Source: Alphaproteobacteria bacterium
Lineage (GTDB): Bacteria > Pseudomonadota > Alphaproteobacteria > Bin95
Direction of reading: 5' to 3'
DNA length: 64,000 bases
NCBI GenBank assembly: GCA_965205265.1
Contig: CBDBGH010000003.1
Location: 5,216,001-5,280,000, forward strand
Of the stretch, positions 48,949-58,827 are shown in pieces. Under the pieces are notes generated by a model, which saw only the letters and a list, made by a program, of their open reading frames with translations, was not told the origin of the DNA and made no database searches. Both the position numbers and the translations under genes were made by a program. Numbering within the stretch: position 1 is the stretch's first letter; every line of letters starts with the position of its first letter.

Positions 48949-49833
48949 ATGGTGAGTGCCTTCATCTGCAACGAGACGCATATCGCAACCTGCGCGAATC
49001 TCATTGGCGAGACCCTTTCGCATCTCGGGAACATGACCCCCAGGGGTATTGCCGCGCAGCTTGCGGAGCAAAACCTGGCGAGTGTCCGGTTCCGGTATGG
49101 AGAGGACGCCGTCGGCAGAATGTTGCCTGAGAGTGCCGAAGGCGATGGTACGCGGTATGTGGAGCGTTGTCGTACCGCCGCCGCGCTGCCATGCAGTGCC
49201 GCGGAAGGTTATGGCTATCTGACCTGCCTCGATTACCAGAGCTGCGAACATCCCGGATGGAACGCGAGCAATGCCCGCAGATGGATCTGCGAGGCCCGCG
49301 ATGCGCTGGTCGTCGCAATGAGGGAGGAACTCCTCGCCGGGCGGGAGGTATGGGAAACCGATGGAACTCCGAAGCCTCTCCCGGAACCATTCCTGTGCAA
49401 CCCGGTGCATATTGCGACCTGCGCGGCGAACCTGAAGGAGGCGGACATTTTCGCTTTCCGGAATCTGTTCGTCGACGGGGTTGCCGAGGCGCTCGGCCGC
49501 GCCAACATGGCGGCGCTGGGCCTGGGCGGTGCCGGTGAGGAGGCCGAGGACGGCGATGTTCTGCCGAACGGCATGACCGCGGCGCAATACCTGCATGAGT
49601 GTCGCACAGCAGCGCCGGCAAAGGCAGGACCCGCCGACATCTACAACTTCCTCTGCTGCTTGCGGGAGCAGTGCGGCGGCGTCGGAAACACCAAAGCCGT
49701 GCGCTGGATCGACGAGGGGCTGGGCCGACAGGAATGGAATCTGCACAAAGCCCTGGTGGGCGGCGCCCATGTATGGGAAGCCCCGCACGGCGATGCGGAA
49801 ACGGAACCGGTGCAATCGGCGCCGACGCCCTGA
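48949..49833 (+). CDS. Hypothetical protein with internally duplicated domain
   Basis: SAFICNETHIATCA...CLDYQSCEHPGW, second copy FLCNPVHIATCA; ends SAPTP. Confidence 0.75.
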   Translation: MVSAFICNETHIATCANLIGETLSHLGNMTPRGIAAQLAEQNLASVRFRYGEDAVGRMLPESAEGDGTRYVERCRTAAALPCSAAEGYGYLTCLDYQSCEHPGWNASNARRWICEARDALVVAMREELLAGREVWETDGTPKPLPEPFLCNPVHIATCAANLKEADIFAFRNLFVDGVAEALGRANMAALGLGGAGEEAEDGDVLPNGMTAAQYLHECRTAAPAKAGPADIYNFLCCLREQCGGVGNTKAVRWIDEGLGRQEWNLHKALVGGAHVWEAPHGDAETEPVQSAPTP

Positions 49834-49883
49834 GAACCAGGAAACGGCCTGCGCTGCGCCGCGAAGCACGGAAGGAGACGGCC

Positions 49884-50828
49884 ATGAGCGCCTTCATCTG
49901 CAACGAGACGCATATCGCGACCTGCGCGGAGATCGTCCGGACCCTGGGGCCGGCCGAGGTCCGGGAGATGGAACGCGGCGACATCGCAGCCGTCCTCGCC
50001 CTGGAGAACATGAAGAGCGTCGCCTTCCGCTATGGCCCGGAAGGTCAGGAGATCTACGACAGAATGATGGCTCCGATGATCGGGCAGGGCTTCACGGTGC
50101 TCAGGGGCGGGCCCGCCGAAGAGGATCCGCTGTCGGAAATGCTGCCGGGCGGGCAGACGGGGCGGGAATATGCCGCGTCCTGCCGTCTTGCCCGGCCGAT
50201 CGTCGAATACAGCCCGGCCGAAGCCCATGCCTGGCTGTCCTGTCTCGAGTACCAGAGCTGCGAGCATCCAGGGTGGGAGGGCTGCGAGGCGCGCGCCTGG
50301 ATCCATGCCGTCCAGCATGGTCTTGCCCTCCGGATCAGGGACGGGCTGCTGGGTGGGCGGGAGGTCCGGGATATCGGGGGAAAGCCGCTGCATCATGGAC
50401 AGGTCGTGCTGTGCAGGGAGGTGCATATGGCGACCTGTGCATCGATCCTGGAGCATTGCGGCCTGTATGTCCTGATGGACCGGTCGTATGGGGATATCCT
50501 GGAAGGGCTCGTCGAGGCGAACCTCAATGCGCTCGAGGCCGAAGGGATGGGCATGGCGCAGAGCAACCGTCGCAGGCATCGCATGAGGTGCCGCGTGGCC
50601 GGGCCGGTCGATACCAGCCCGCTGGAGGCCCATGCCCTTTTGAGCTGCGTGCGCGACAATTGCCGAGCGGATCCCGGGCCGGAGCAGACCCCGGTCGCGG
50701 AGTGGCTGGATGACGGGTTGCTTTCGATAGCCAAGGAGATGAGGCGGGAGGCGCTTGGCGGGCGGCATGTCTGGGAGGCGCCGGAACTGCTTGACTCGCC
50801 CGATGCCGGAGAGGCACCCTCGCCGTAG
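49884..50828 (+). CDS. Paralog of 48949..49833
   Basis: MSAFICNETHIATCA...CLEYQSCEHPGW; ends EAPSP. Confidence 0.75.
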   Translation: MSAFICNETHIATCAEIVRTLGPAEVREMERGDIAAVLALENMKSVAFRYGPEGQEIYDRMMAPMIGQGFTVLRGGPAEEDPLSEMLPGGQTGREYAASCRLARPIVEYSPAEAHAWLSCLEYQSCEHPGWEGCEARAWIHAVQHGLALRIRDGLLGGREVRDIGGKPLHHGQVVLCREVHMATCASILEHCGLYVLMDRSYGDILEGLVEANLNALEAEGMGMAQSNRRRHRMRCRVAGPVDTSPLEAHALLSCVRDNCRADPGPEQTPVAEWLDDGLLSIAKEMRREALGGRHVWEAPELLDSPDAGEAPSP

Positions 50829-50832
50829 CCGC

Positions 50833-51351
50833 ATGGATGGTTTCCACAGCCTTTTCCCGGACGAGCCGGCCGCGCGCGCCTGGTTCGAGGACGGCCGCTG
50901 GCCGCACGGGCGGTTCTGTCCGCAATGCGGTTCGGCGCGCACCCGGCCGGTGCCGAACGAGCGGCCGGCCCCCTATCACTGCACGTCCTGCCGCACCTAT
51001 TTTTCAGTGCGTTGGGGGACCATGCTGCACAGAAGCAACCTGCCGTTGCGCAAATGGGCGATGGCGATTCATCTCATGTCCGCAAGTACAGGGCGCAACG
51101 GGGTTCCCGGTTGTGTCGCGATGGGCCGCTGTCTCGACATCAATCCGCGCTCCGCGGACATGGCCGTGAACAAGATAAGGCGGGCGGTCGCGGAGCAGAT
51201 CGGTTCGGGCGGGGGAAACCCGGATGGCCTCATAGACGCGGACGTCGAGGACATACGCGACGCCCTTCTGGGCATCGTCCCGCACGGGAGGGAGGCCCAG
51301 CTCCCGGAGGATTGGGAGGACCTGGATGTCCTATTGCAGGAGTCCCTCTAG
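50833..51351 (+). pseudogene. IS1595-family transposase N-terminal part (Zn ribbon and HTH), no DDE domain
   Basis: FPDE.AAR.WFE..RWP.G..CP.CGS...YHC..CR.YFSVR.GT....S.LPLRKW. Confidence 0.75.
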
Positions 51352-52362
51352 TTCACGCCATTCACGGTCCGAGAGGCCGCTGCAGGACTGCGTTACCGTC
51401 TCGCCGGCGAACCGGCGCCGGAGGACATCCAGCGCCGCGGCGGAAAGCGTGGCGGCGTCCAGAACATAGTTCCGAAAGGCCTGACAGGTGACCGGGACCC
51501 ACCGGCTCACGATCTCATTGAGAATGGTATCCGCATAGGCGCGGATTTCGTGCTGCGCGTGGCTGTCGGACCGCAGCGACAGGAAATGCAGGAGGTTGTG
51601 GAGATCGCACTTCCAGTAGAACTGGGTGTACCAGTTGACCGGCAAGACGGTCCGGGCCAGCTCACGGGCAATGCCGGACCGGCTTTCGTCGATCCTGTTC
51701 CCGGCCTCATCCTCGTTGAGAAGATTGCGATAGACGCCGTGGGCGCGCTGGGAGAGCCAGTCCAGGCGTGAGAGGGCGTCCCGGGCCTCGTCGGCCTCGA
51801 GCGTCCCTTCGCGGCCTTGCCTGTTGCTGGAGGACTGTGCGGCCAGGGCCTCGGGACTCCCGTCGGCGGCCGCGGGCACGAACAGGTCCGGCTGGTGCTG
51901 TCGCGCGCGCCGCGAGAGGGTGCGCTCCTCAAGGAGGGCGCGCAGGTGATCGGGATCCGGGACGTAGTACTCCCGGTCCATCCGGGAGTAGCGGGCCGAG
52001 TATTCGTTCACATTCGCGGTGCGGTGCCGAATCCATTGCCGGGCGACAAAGATCGGCAGCTTGACGTGCAGCTTGATCTCGCACATCTCGAACGGCGTGC
52101 TATGTCGGTGGCGCAGAAGATACCGGATCAGCGCGGCGTCCTCCGACCGCCGTTTCGTGCCCCTGCCGTAGGAGACCCTGGCCGCCTGCACAACGGCGCT
52201 GTCGCTGCCCATGTAGTCGACCAGCCGGACGAAGCCGTGGTCGAGAACGGGGAAGGGCCTGTTAAGGATTGCCTCGAGATCGGGGACGGTGTCCCGTCCC
52301 GTCTCGAAGCGCCCGCGCGGCGCAAGGGATTCATCCGCGTCTGTTTCATTCCGGGAATGCAT
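51331..52362 (-). CDS. thyX: FAD-dependent thymidylate synthase
   Basis: AARVSY, HSTPFE, RQWIRHR..NVNEYSARY, ARELAR.VLP, HAQHEIR. Confidence 0.96.
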   Translation of the reverse strand: MHSRNETDADESLAPRGRFETGRDTVPDLEAILNRPFPVLDHGFVRLVDYMGSDSAVVQAARVSYGRGTKRRSEDAALIRYLLRHRHSTPFEMCEIKLHVKLPIFVARQWIRHRTANVNEYSARYSRMDREYYVPDPDHLRALLEERTLSRRARQHQPDLFVPAAADGSPEALAAQSSSNRQGREGTLEADEARDALSRLDWLSQRAHGVYRNLLNEDEAGNRIDESRSGIARELARTVLPVNWYTQFYWKCDLHNLLHFLSLRSDSHAQHEIRAYADTILNEIVSRWVPVTCQAFRNYVLDAATLSAAALDVLRRRFAGETVTQSCSGLSDREWRELEGLLQ

Positions 52363-52632
52363 GAGTGCCGTGACCTGCTCTTCATGTGGGTCAGGGAAAG
52401 CGGAACAATATAGAAGACGACGGCATTTGTCCGGGGCGGCGGAGACGGTGTCCCGCAACGGAAGAAATCCGGCACCCGGATCTTCCGCCGCCGGGACGGT
52501 CGGGGCTCAGCAGTCAAGAAGCGATTGGCGGCCGCGGTGCCGGCATCAGCTTTTGCCTTGACAGGATGCGCTGAAGTCCGTCCCCTTGTCAGCAGTCCAC
52601 ACTGGACATTCAAGGATTGCGAGAGCAATGCG

Positions 52633-53352
52633 ATGGATGAACTTGTCAAGCAATTGCTCGTCTCCGGCATATCCGGCCTGGTGGCGTCCGTGCTCATCCT
52701 GTTGGTAGCCAAGCCGCTCGTTCAAAGAGCTATTGAGCATTGGTTTGGGAAAATAGAAGAACGGGTTCGGATTGAAGGTGTGCTGATCGAAAAGCGCTAC
52801 ACAAGCAGCGCGAACGCATTAAAGGATCTCACGGAATTATACGAGGACTTGCAAAGGGAGTTGAGAGAGCTTAATTTTACAGAGGAAGAAAGCAGGAATC
52901 CATTATCAAAGATAGTGCAGGAGTCTCATCCCCGATATCGGGCACGCTTCCACATAATACGAAGCCAATTAGAAGTTGCAAACGACCTTCTTTCCTTTTA
53001 TAGCATAGAATTTGAACGATTGCTTCACGCTGACGTTATTCAAAAAATCATAGGAACAGAAACAACAAATGTCTCGGACTGCAAATATGCATATAGGACA
53101 ATATGGCGGGCCGCCCCTACCAACCTTCATGCTGTCCTGAGAATTGCAGCGGCATACGAGTTTTGGGATTCGGGTAACCAATATGCTGATCGGGCAAGAA
53201 AATGGGCTGAGGCGGATGGAAGGAGGATCGAGGAATTCCTGATTATGGAAATCAAAAGGATTCCTAGCGAAAACAAAGTTTTTTCACTGTATCTTGAAGA
53301 ATATGGCGCCAAGGAATTTTGGAAGCACCTTGATCCGTCTCTTGTAAAGTAA
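52633..53352 (+). CDS. Low-GC hypothetical protein with N-terminal TM helix
   Basis: Clearly more AT-rich than its flanks; hydrophobic N-terminus then coiled-coil-like region. Confidence 0.7.
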   Translation: MDELVKQLLVSGISGLVASVLILLVAKPLVQRAIEHWFGKIEERVRIEGVLIEKRYTSSANALKDLTELYEDLQRELRELNFTEEESRNPLSKIVQESHPRYRARFHIIRSQLEVANDLLSFYSIEFERLLHADVIQKIIGTETTNVSDCKYAYRTIWRAAPTNLHAVLRIAAAYEFWDSGNQYADRARKWAEADGRRIEEFLIMEIKRIPSENKVFSLYLEEYGAKEFWKHLDPSLVK

Positions 53353-53519
53353 CGGGCGTTTGGAACGAGCCGGAGAGGTCCGGCCGCGACACGCCGGCGA
53401 AAGCGAAGGACGGTCTCGACAGGTCCTGGCGGGCGCTCAGGAATGCAGGAGGGGCCAAGCCGGGCACGCCGCCGGGCCTTCCCCCGAAAAAAGCGACCGA
53501 CCGTCTGGCGGGGCCGGCC

Positions 53520-54248
53520 TCAAGGCGACGGAGACGGCAGCGCCTCTTCCGGGGCTTCACGGACGGGGGGAGCGATTTCCATGCCGATTTCATCGCGGAG
53601 AGCGGCCTCGGCCTGCTCCCAGCCGTAGAAGGGACCCCAGAGCTCCGTCTCGCCGCTCTCCGGCAAGGAGCGTTCGCCGTCCAGCGTCCACCTCTCGACA
53701 GCCATGCTGTACACATGGCCGTTGGCCCACTCGCTGAATTCGTCGAGAATGGCGTTGCAGGACGAGAAATACTCCTTGCGGGCCTCGTCTTCGCCGATTG
53801 CCGCGCTGCGCTCCAGGAACCTCTCGTAGAGGTCGGCGGGCGGCGTGTAGAGGCCCGCAGTCCCGACGTCCCAGTCGTGTCCGGGATAGCGCATCGTGCC
53901 GGTCAGGGAATAGTGGACCGCGCCGTGGCTGTATCGTTGCACAACCAGGGGCCTCGGCGTCTGGAGGGCCGCTTCCTTCAGGGTCTCGCGCACATCCTCG
54001 TTTCGGGTGAACTCATGGAACGCGCCGGGTTCGCCGTGGTCCCAGAATGAACCGTAATCGTTGTCGAGCAGCACATACCCGACTATCAGCGCGTTGCCCT
54101 CCGGGGAAGGCCGGACGAGCAGGTCGTCCCTGAAGTCCGATGAATTCGAATAGTCGACCGGTTCGTGCTCGGTCAGGCAGCGGACGCCGGAGGGAAGATC
54201 GACACCCCAGTGCCGCTGGATGATGTCCGTAATGTCCTTGCGCGCCAT
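53520..54248 (-). CDS. Hypothetical phage/plasmid-type protein
   Basis: YSHG..HYS...WDVG, EWANGHVY, GPFYG; ends LPSPSP. Confidence 0.7.
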   Translation of the reverse strand: MARKDITDIIQRHWGVDLPSGVRCLTEHEPVDYSNSSDFRDDLLVRPSPEGNALIVGYVLLDNDYGSFWDHGEPGAFHEFTRNEDVRETLKEAALQTPRPLVVQRYSHGAVHYSLTGTMRYPGHDWDVGTAGLYTPPADLYERFLERSAAIGEDEARKEYFSSCNAILDEFSEWANGHVYSMAVERWTLDGERSLPESGETELWGPFYGWEQAEAALRDEIGMEIAPPVREAPEEALPSPSP

Positions 54249-54465
54249 TTCCGACGACCTCTCCTGCGTTGGGCGTGGATCGATGCGGAGCGATGTTAGA
54301 CGCAATACGTGAAAAACCGCAGCCGATTTCTCTACGGGTGGCTCGGTTTATCCGCAGAGCGATCCCCTGAGACTCCAGCAGACAGGCCGCGCGGAGTTGA
54401 ACGCGGCGCGTTATGGCCTAGTTTCGGCTGGGAACAGGACCATGCGGGATTCGGGAACAGGAGAT

Positions 54466-55017
54466 ATGTCGGAAAGTCCGGCGATCCTGGCGTTTCGGGA
54501 CCATCTGAGGGCTCTGGCCGGGCGGATCGGCCCGTTTGGCCGTCCGGTCGAGGTACGCATCGCCGGAGACCTTGCGCTGAGCTACTACACCGGGCACCGG
54601 GTGCCCGGCGACGCGGAGGTAAACTGCTCGCAGCGCATTGCCATCCCGGTCGACATGCAGGTGTTCGAGGTGCCGGATCCGACCGGGGCGACAGGATGCA
54701 GCCCCGTTGCCCTTCATCCCGGCGCCGGTGAATCCGGTTTCTATCCGCAGGATTGGGAAGCGAGGGCGATGGCGATCGGCGAGGTGGGCCCGTTCGTGCT
54801 GTTCGTGATGGATCCGGTCGATCTCGCGGTCTCGAAACTCGTGCGGTTCTCCCCACAGGACCGCGAGGACATAAGGCAGCTGATCTCCCGGCGCATGCTG
54901 GACCGGGAGCTTCTCGAGGAGCGGACGAAGCGGGCCCTGGAGGCCTGCATCGGGGATGCGGAAGCCGTCCGGCGCAATTTCGAGGAGACTGTCAGGATCG
55001 TGTCCAGGAGCATGTGA
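54466..55017 (+). CDS. DUF6036-like nucleotidyltransferase
   Basis: IAG.LAL..Y.G.R...D, DWEARA, DPVDLAVSKL.RF...DREDI. Confidence 0.7.
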   Translation: MSESPAILAFRDHLRALAGRIGPFGRPVEVRIAGDLALSYYTGHRVPGDAEVNCSQRIAIPVDMQVFEVPDPTGATGCSPVALHPGAGESGFYPQDWEARAMAIGEVGPFVLFVMDPVDLAVSKLVRFSPQDREDIRQLISRRMLDRELLEERTKRALEACIGDAEAVRRNFEETVRIVSRSM

Positions 55018-55102
55018 GGCGCCCGGCCCGCGGTTTGTCTTTTCACCGAAGCCGGATAGGATTCCGCAGGGGCATGGCCCCCGCATCGGGGGAGGAGAGC
55101 AA

Positions 55103-55996
55103 ATGTCCACGCGCTCGGTGATCTGCGGAATGACGCCCGACGGGCCGAAAGTGAACTTCATCAACTACGATGGCTACCCGGAGTTCCCGGGCGTCGGTTC
55201 CAAACTGCTCACCTTCTACGGAGGTCCGGAGTCGGCCAGGGAACTGCTTGAGCTGGGCGATATGGTGTCCCTGGGAAAGACCCCGGAGGACTGCGAAATC
55301 CCGGAGGAATGGCGTCGGGACGGCAGTGCGGCGTACCCGGTCGATGACAGGCCGGACGAGGCGCTCAGGGACACGCTGATGCGAGCCATGGCGGGCGACA
55401 GCGGATTGCCGATCAAATGGGGCTATGTATTCGAGAACGGCCGCTGGGACTGCATCGCGTCGCCGCACTATGAGAAGGAGTGGAACGGGGTCCCGCTCGA
55501 GCAGCTGGCCCGGGACGGGCTGGAATACAAGACCATCTCGCAATTTGCCGTGATTGCCGGCATGACCGATGACGGTCCCGCCGTCATCTGGATCCACGGT
55601 CGGGGCATTCCCGAAGCGCCCGGCCTGGGCCGGACGCTGCTCGAACGCTATGGCGACGCCGGGGCCGTGAAGGAGCTTCTTGCGGGCGGCGATCTGAATG
55701 CGCTGGGAACGACGCCGGAGGAGAATGCGGAGTTCAGCAGGCGCAAGGACGACCTTCCCACGATGCTGGAGGTCCGGGAGGCCTCCACCGGTGTCCTGGC
55801 CGATACCGTCATGGAAACGGTGAAGAGTGAATGGATCGGGTCGGGCGTGACCTGGGCCTATCTCTTCAACGAGGACGGCGTCTGGGAGTGCTGCCAGGCG
55901 CCATGGTTCGCGCGGGAGTGGGAAGGGGCGCCGCTGGAGGATGTCGTGGCGGCCAGGGAAGCGGAGAAGGAAGCGGAGGACGCGCCGACGCCATGA
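55103..55996 (+). CDS. Hypothetical protein with two copies of an STRS..DGYP domain
   Basis: MSTRSVICG...YDGYPE..G..L..Y...LLELGD..SLG...WGYVF, repeated twice; ends DAPTP. Confidence 0.75.
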   Translation: MSTRSVICGMTPDGPKVNFINYDGYPEFPGVGSKLLTFYGGPESARELLELGDMVSLGKTPEDCEIPEEWRRDGSAAYPVDDRPDEALRDTLMRAMAGDSGLPIKWGYVFENGRWDCIASPHYEKEWNGVPLEQLARDGLEYKTISQFAVIAGMTDDGPAVIWIHGRGIPEAPGLGRTLLERYGDAGAVKELLAGGDLNALGTTPEENAEFSRRKDDLPTMLEVREASTGVLADTVMETVKSEWIGSGVTWAYLFNEDGVWECCQAPWFAREWEGAPLEDVVAAREAEKEAEDAPTP

Positions 55997-57093
55997 GCCG
56001 TCCGGTGATCGAGGCGGGCGCGGAGCCCGGATTCCGCTTCATAGACCTGTTTGCCGGAATCGGCGGCATGCGGCGGGGCTTCGAGGAGGTGGGCGGGCGC
56101 TGCGTCTTCACGTCCGAGATCGACCGCTTTTCGCGCCAGACCTACACCGCCAACTTCCCGGAATCCCCCCCGGACAGCGGCCATGAGCTTGCCGGGGACA
56201 TCCGGCCCTGGGCCGGACAGCCGGATAGCATACCGCGGCACGACGTGCTGCTGGCCGGATTCCCCTGCCAGCCATTCTCTAACGCCGGCGTGGCGAAGAA
56301 GAAGGCCCTGGGCCGTCCGCACGGCTTCCGGTGCCGGGCGCAGGGCACGCTGTTCTTCGACGTGGCGAGGATACTCGACTGGCACCGGCCGGCGGCCTTC
56401 CTGCTCGAGAATGTCAGCAACCTGGAACGCCATGACGGCGGCCGGACATTCCGGACCATTATGGATATTCTGGGTGGAGACCTCGGCTACAGGACCTGCG
56501 CGCGGGTGATCGATTCCTCGCCCTGGGTTCCACAGAAGCGCAGGCGCATCTTCATCGCGGGGTTCAGGGAAGAAACGGGGTTTTCATTCGACGGTCTGGA
56601 AATTCCGCCCGGTCCCGGACCGCGCCTCGGGAGCATCCTCGACAGCGAGGTTCCGGTCAAATACACACTGGGCCCCGGGACGTGGGAGGCGCTTAAGCGT
56701 CACAGGGACAGACACGGACGCAAGCCCGGTCACGGGTTCGGGCATTCGGTATTCGGGCCCCAGGACGTGGCGCGCACGCTCTCGGCCCGCTACTACAAGG
56801 ACGGTGCCGAAATCCTCATCGAACAGGAGGGCCCGCGCCCCCGGCGCCTGACGCCCAGGGAATGCGCCCGCCTGATGGGCTTCGACAGACCCGGCGGGGA
56901 CGGGTTCCGGATTCCCGTATCCGACCTGCAGGCCTACCGGCAATTCGGGAATTCGGTGGTCGTCCCGGTCGTGAACGCCGTGGCGCGGCTGATGCAGCCG
57001 CACATCGCGGCGATTCTCGCAGGGGAACACCGGGCGCCGCTGCGCGCGCGGCAGTCCGTTTTCCTCTTCGCCGGAGCGGCTTCCGGCGGTTGA
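55993..57093 (+). CDS. dcm: DNA (cytosine-5) methyltransferase, Dcm/EcoRII-like
   Basis: FAGIGG, GFPCQ, LENV, PQKRRR, RTLSARYYKDG.EILI, QFGNSV. Confidence 0.95.
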   Translation: MSRPVIEAGAEPGFRFIDLFAGIGGMRRGFEEVGGRCVFTSEIDRFSRQTYTANFPESPPDSGHELAGDIRPWAGQPDSIPRHDVLLAGFPCQPFSNAGVAKKKALGRPHGFRCRAQGTLFFDVARILDWHRPAAFLLENVSNLERHDGGRTFRTIMDILGGDLGYRTCARVIDSSPWVPQKRRRIFIAGFREETGFSFDGLEIPPGPGPRLGSILDSEVPVKYTLGPGTWEALKRHRDRHGRKPGHGFGHSVFGPQDVARTLSARYYKDGAEILIEQEGPRPRRLTPRECARLMGFDRPGGDGFRIPVSDLQAYRQFGNSVVVPVVNAVARLMQPHIAAILAGEHRAPLRARQSVFLFAGAASGG

Positions 57094-57097
57094 TCCG

Positions 57098-57595
57098 ATG
57101 CCTGCCGACACCGTTTCACCCGGAGTCCGTTCACGGATAATGGCCTCTGTCCGGGGCCGGGATACGCGACCGGAGATCCTGGTCCGGTCGGCGCTTCACC
57201 GGCTGGGATTCCGGTTCCGGGTCCACCTCAAGGACCTGCCGGGCAAGCCGGACATCGTGCTGCCGAGATACCGTGCCGTCATCTTCGTGCACGGTTGCTT
57301 CTGGCACGGGCATGATTGCCATCTTTTCAGCTGGCCGAAGAGCAGGAGGGAATACTGGGGGCGGAAGCTTCTCGCGAATGCCGCCCGCGATCACAGACAA
57401 CTTGCCGCCCTGCGGGAGGCGGGCTGGCGCGTGGCCGTTGTCCGCGAATGCGCGCTGAAGGGCCGCACGAGGCTTCCGCCGGGAACGGTGGCCACCCGCT
57501 GTGCGGCCTGGCTGCGATGCGGCGGGCCGGAACTCGAGATCGCAGGCATCGGGGCGGCCGGTCCCGGTAGGCGATTTCAGCAGAGGCTTCCATAA
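57098..57595 (+). CDS. vsr: Very short patch repair endonuclease
   Basis: RSRIM..VR..DT.PE, LPGKPD, FVHGCFWHGH. Confidence 0.95.
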   Translation: MPADTVSPGVRSRIMASVRGRDTRPEILVRSALHRLGFRFRVHLKDLPGKPDIVLPRYRAVIFVHGCFWHGHDCHLFSWPKSRREYWGRKLLANAARDHRQLAALREAGWRVAVVRECALKGRTRLPPGTVATRCAAWLRCGGPELEIAGIGAAGPGRRFQQRLP

Positions 57596-57634
57596 TCGGG
57601 CAATCCCTACGGGTTCCGCGGGAGGAGGCGTGAC

Positions 57635-58669
57635 ATGGATTTTGCATCCGCATCGGTTTCCGAACTGCGAGCATGGCTTGACGCCGGCGGAGATCCCAAC
57701 GAAAGGGATGATGGGAATTCCACGCCCCTTCACAGCGTTGTAGCCGCCGGCAGCATCGAGGCCGCGCGTTTGCTGCTCGGGGCCGGGGCGGACCCCGATA
57801 TGCGGAACCGCAGCATGGACGCACCGCTTCACCTGGCGGCAAGGGAAGGGAACCCGGACATGGTCCGGATTCTTCTGGAGGCCGGCGCCGATCCGGAGGC
57901 CGGCCTCCAGAAGAATCTGGTCGATGGCCCGGCCGGATATACGCCGCTCCATATGGCGGCCTCCAGGGGCGACACGGAGGTGATCGAGCTGCTGCACCGC
58001 GCGGGAGCCGGTATCGAACACCGCGACGGCATCGGACGCGATGTCGACTGCACCCCCTTGCAGGTCGCGGCGCAGGCGAACAGGGTCGGCGCCGTGCGGA
58101 TGCTGCTGGCTCTCGGAGCGGACCCGGACGTCAGGGACGATTTCGCGCATACGCCGCTGCACTGGGCGGCCCTCGAAGGCCGCAACGACGTTCTCGGCTG
58201 CCTGCTCGAGGCCGGGGCGGACCCGGATCCGCGGGCGGCGGGAGGCGGGACACCCCTCCTCTCCGCCGCACAGACGGGCAATGCGGACGGCGTGCGGCTG
58301 CTTCTTCATGCGGGCGCCGATCCCGGCGCCCGGACCCGTTCCGGCATAGCCCCGCTGCACCTTGCGGCGGAATACGGCGCCCCGGAATATGTCGAATGCG
58401 TGCGGGCCCTGCTGGACGCGGGGGCCGACCCGGTCCTTGCCGACGACAACGGGCGCACGGCCCTGCATGCCGCGGCGGTCCGGAGCATCCCCGAGGTGGC
58501 CGTCCTTCTTCTGAAGGCAGGGGCCGATCCGGCATTCAGGGACAAGGAGGGCGTGTCGGCGCTCGACGAGGCCCGCGGGTTGGTTACCAGACATGGGATA
58601 CCGGAACCGGGACGAAGGATTCTGGAAGCGCTTGAACAGGCGACAGGGCCGGCCGGCCCCGGAATGTGA
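57635..58669 (+). CDS. Ankyrin repeat protein
   Basis: Repeated TPLH..A..G....V..LL.AGADP; ends GPAGPGM. Confidence 0.93.
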   Translation: MDFASASVSELRAWLDAGGDPNERDDGNSTPLHSVVAAGSIEAARLLLGAGADPDMRNRSMDAPLHLAAREGNPDMVRILLEAGADPEAGLQKNLVDGPAGYTPLHMAASRGDTEVIELLHRAGAGIEHRDGIGRDVDCTPLQVAAQANRVGAVRMLLALGADPDVRDDFAHTPLHWAALEGRNDVLGCLLEAGADPDPRAAGGGTPLLSAAQTGNADGVRLLLHAGADPGARTRSGIAPLHLAAEYGAPEYVECVRALLDAGADPVLADDNGRTALHAAAVRSIPEVAVLLLKAGADPAFRDKEGVSALDEARGLVTRHGIPEPGRRILEALEQATGPAGPGM

Positions 58670-58710
58670 CGGCGCAGGGGCCCGCCACGGCCGCGCACGG
58701 TCCCCAGAGT

Positions 58711-58737
58711 ATCCGATTGTATAGATAAGCGGATTGT
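58711..58737. promoter_or_regulatory. Second copy of the integrase-proximal double box
   Basis: ATCCGATTGT-ATAGA-TAAGCGGATTG aligns without gaps to ATCCGATTGT-GTGGA-CAATCCGATTG at 38443. Confidence 0.45.
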
Positions 58738-58827
58738 TATATATCGTGGCACGGAACACACAGTGCTGGACGCGCGGAGCGCGGCGTCGGCGCAACTGAC
58801 CAAGTCCAAAGGAAGGACCGCGAAAAC

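Noticed and set aside
53346-53420. Integron attC after the low-GC gene
   Set aside because: TAAC is present, but there is no RYYYAAC/GTTRRRY pair or convincing hairpin, and no IntI-type integrase is evident
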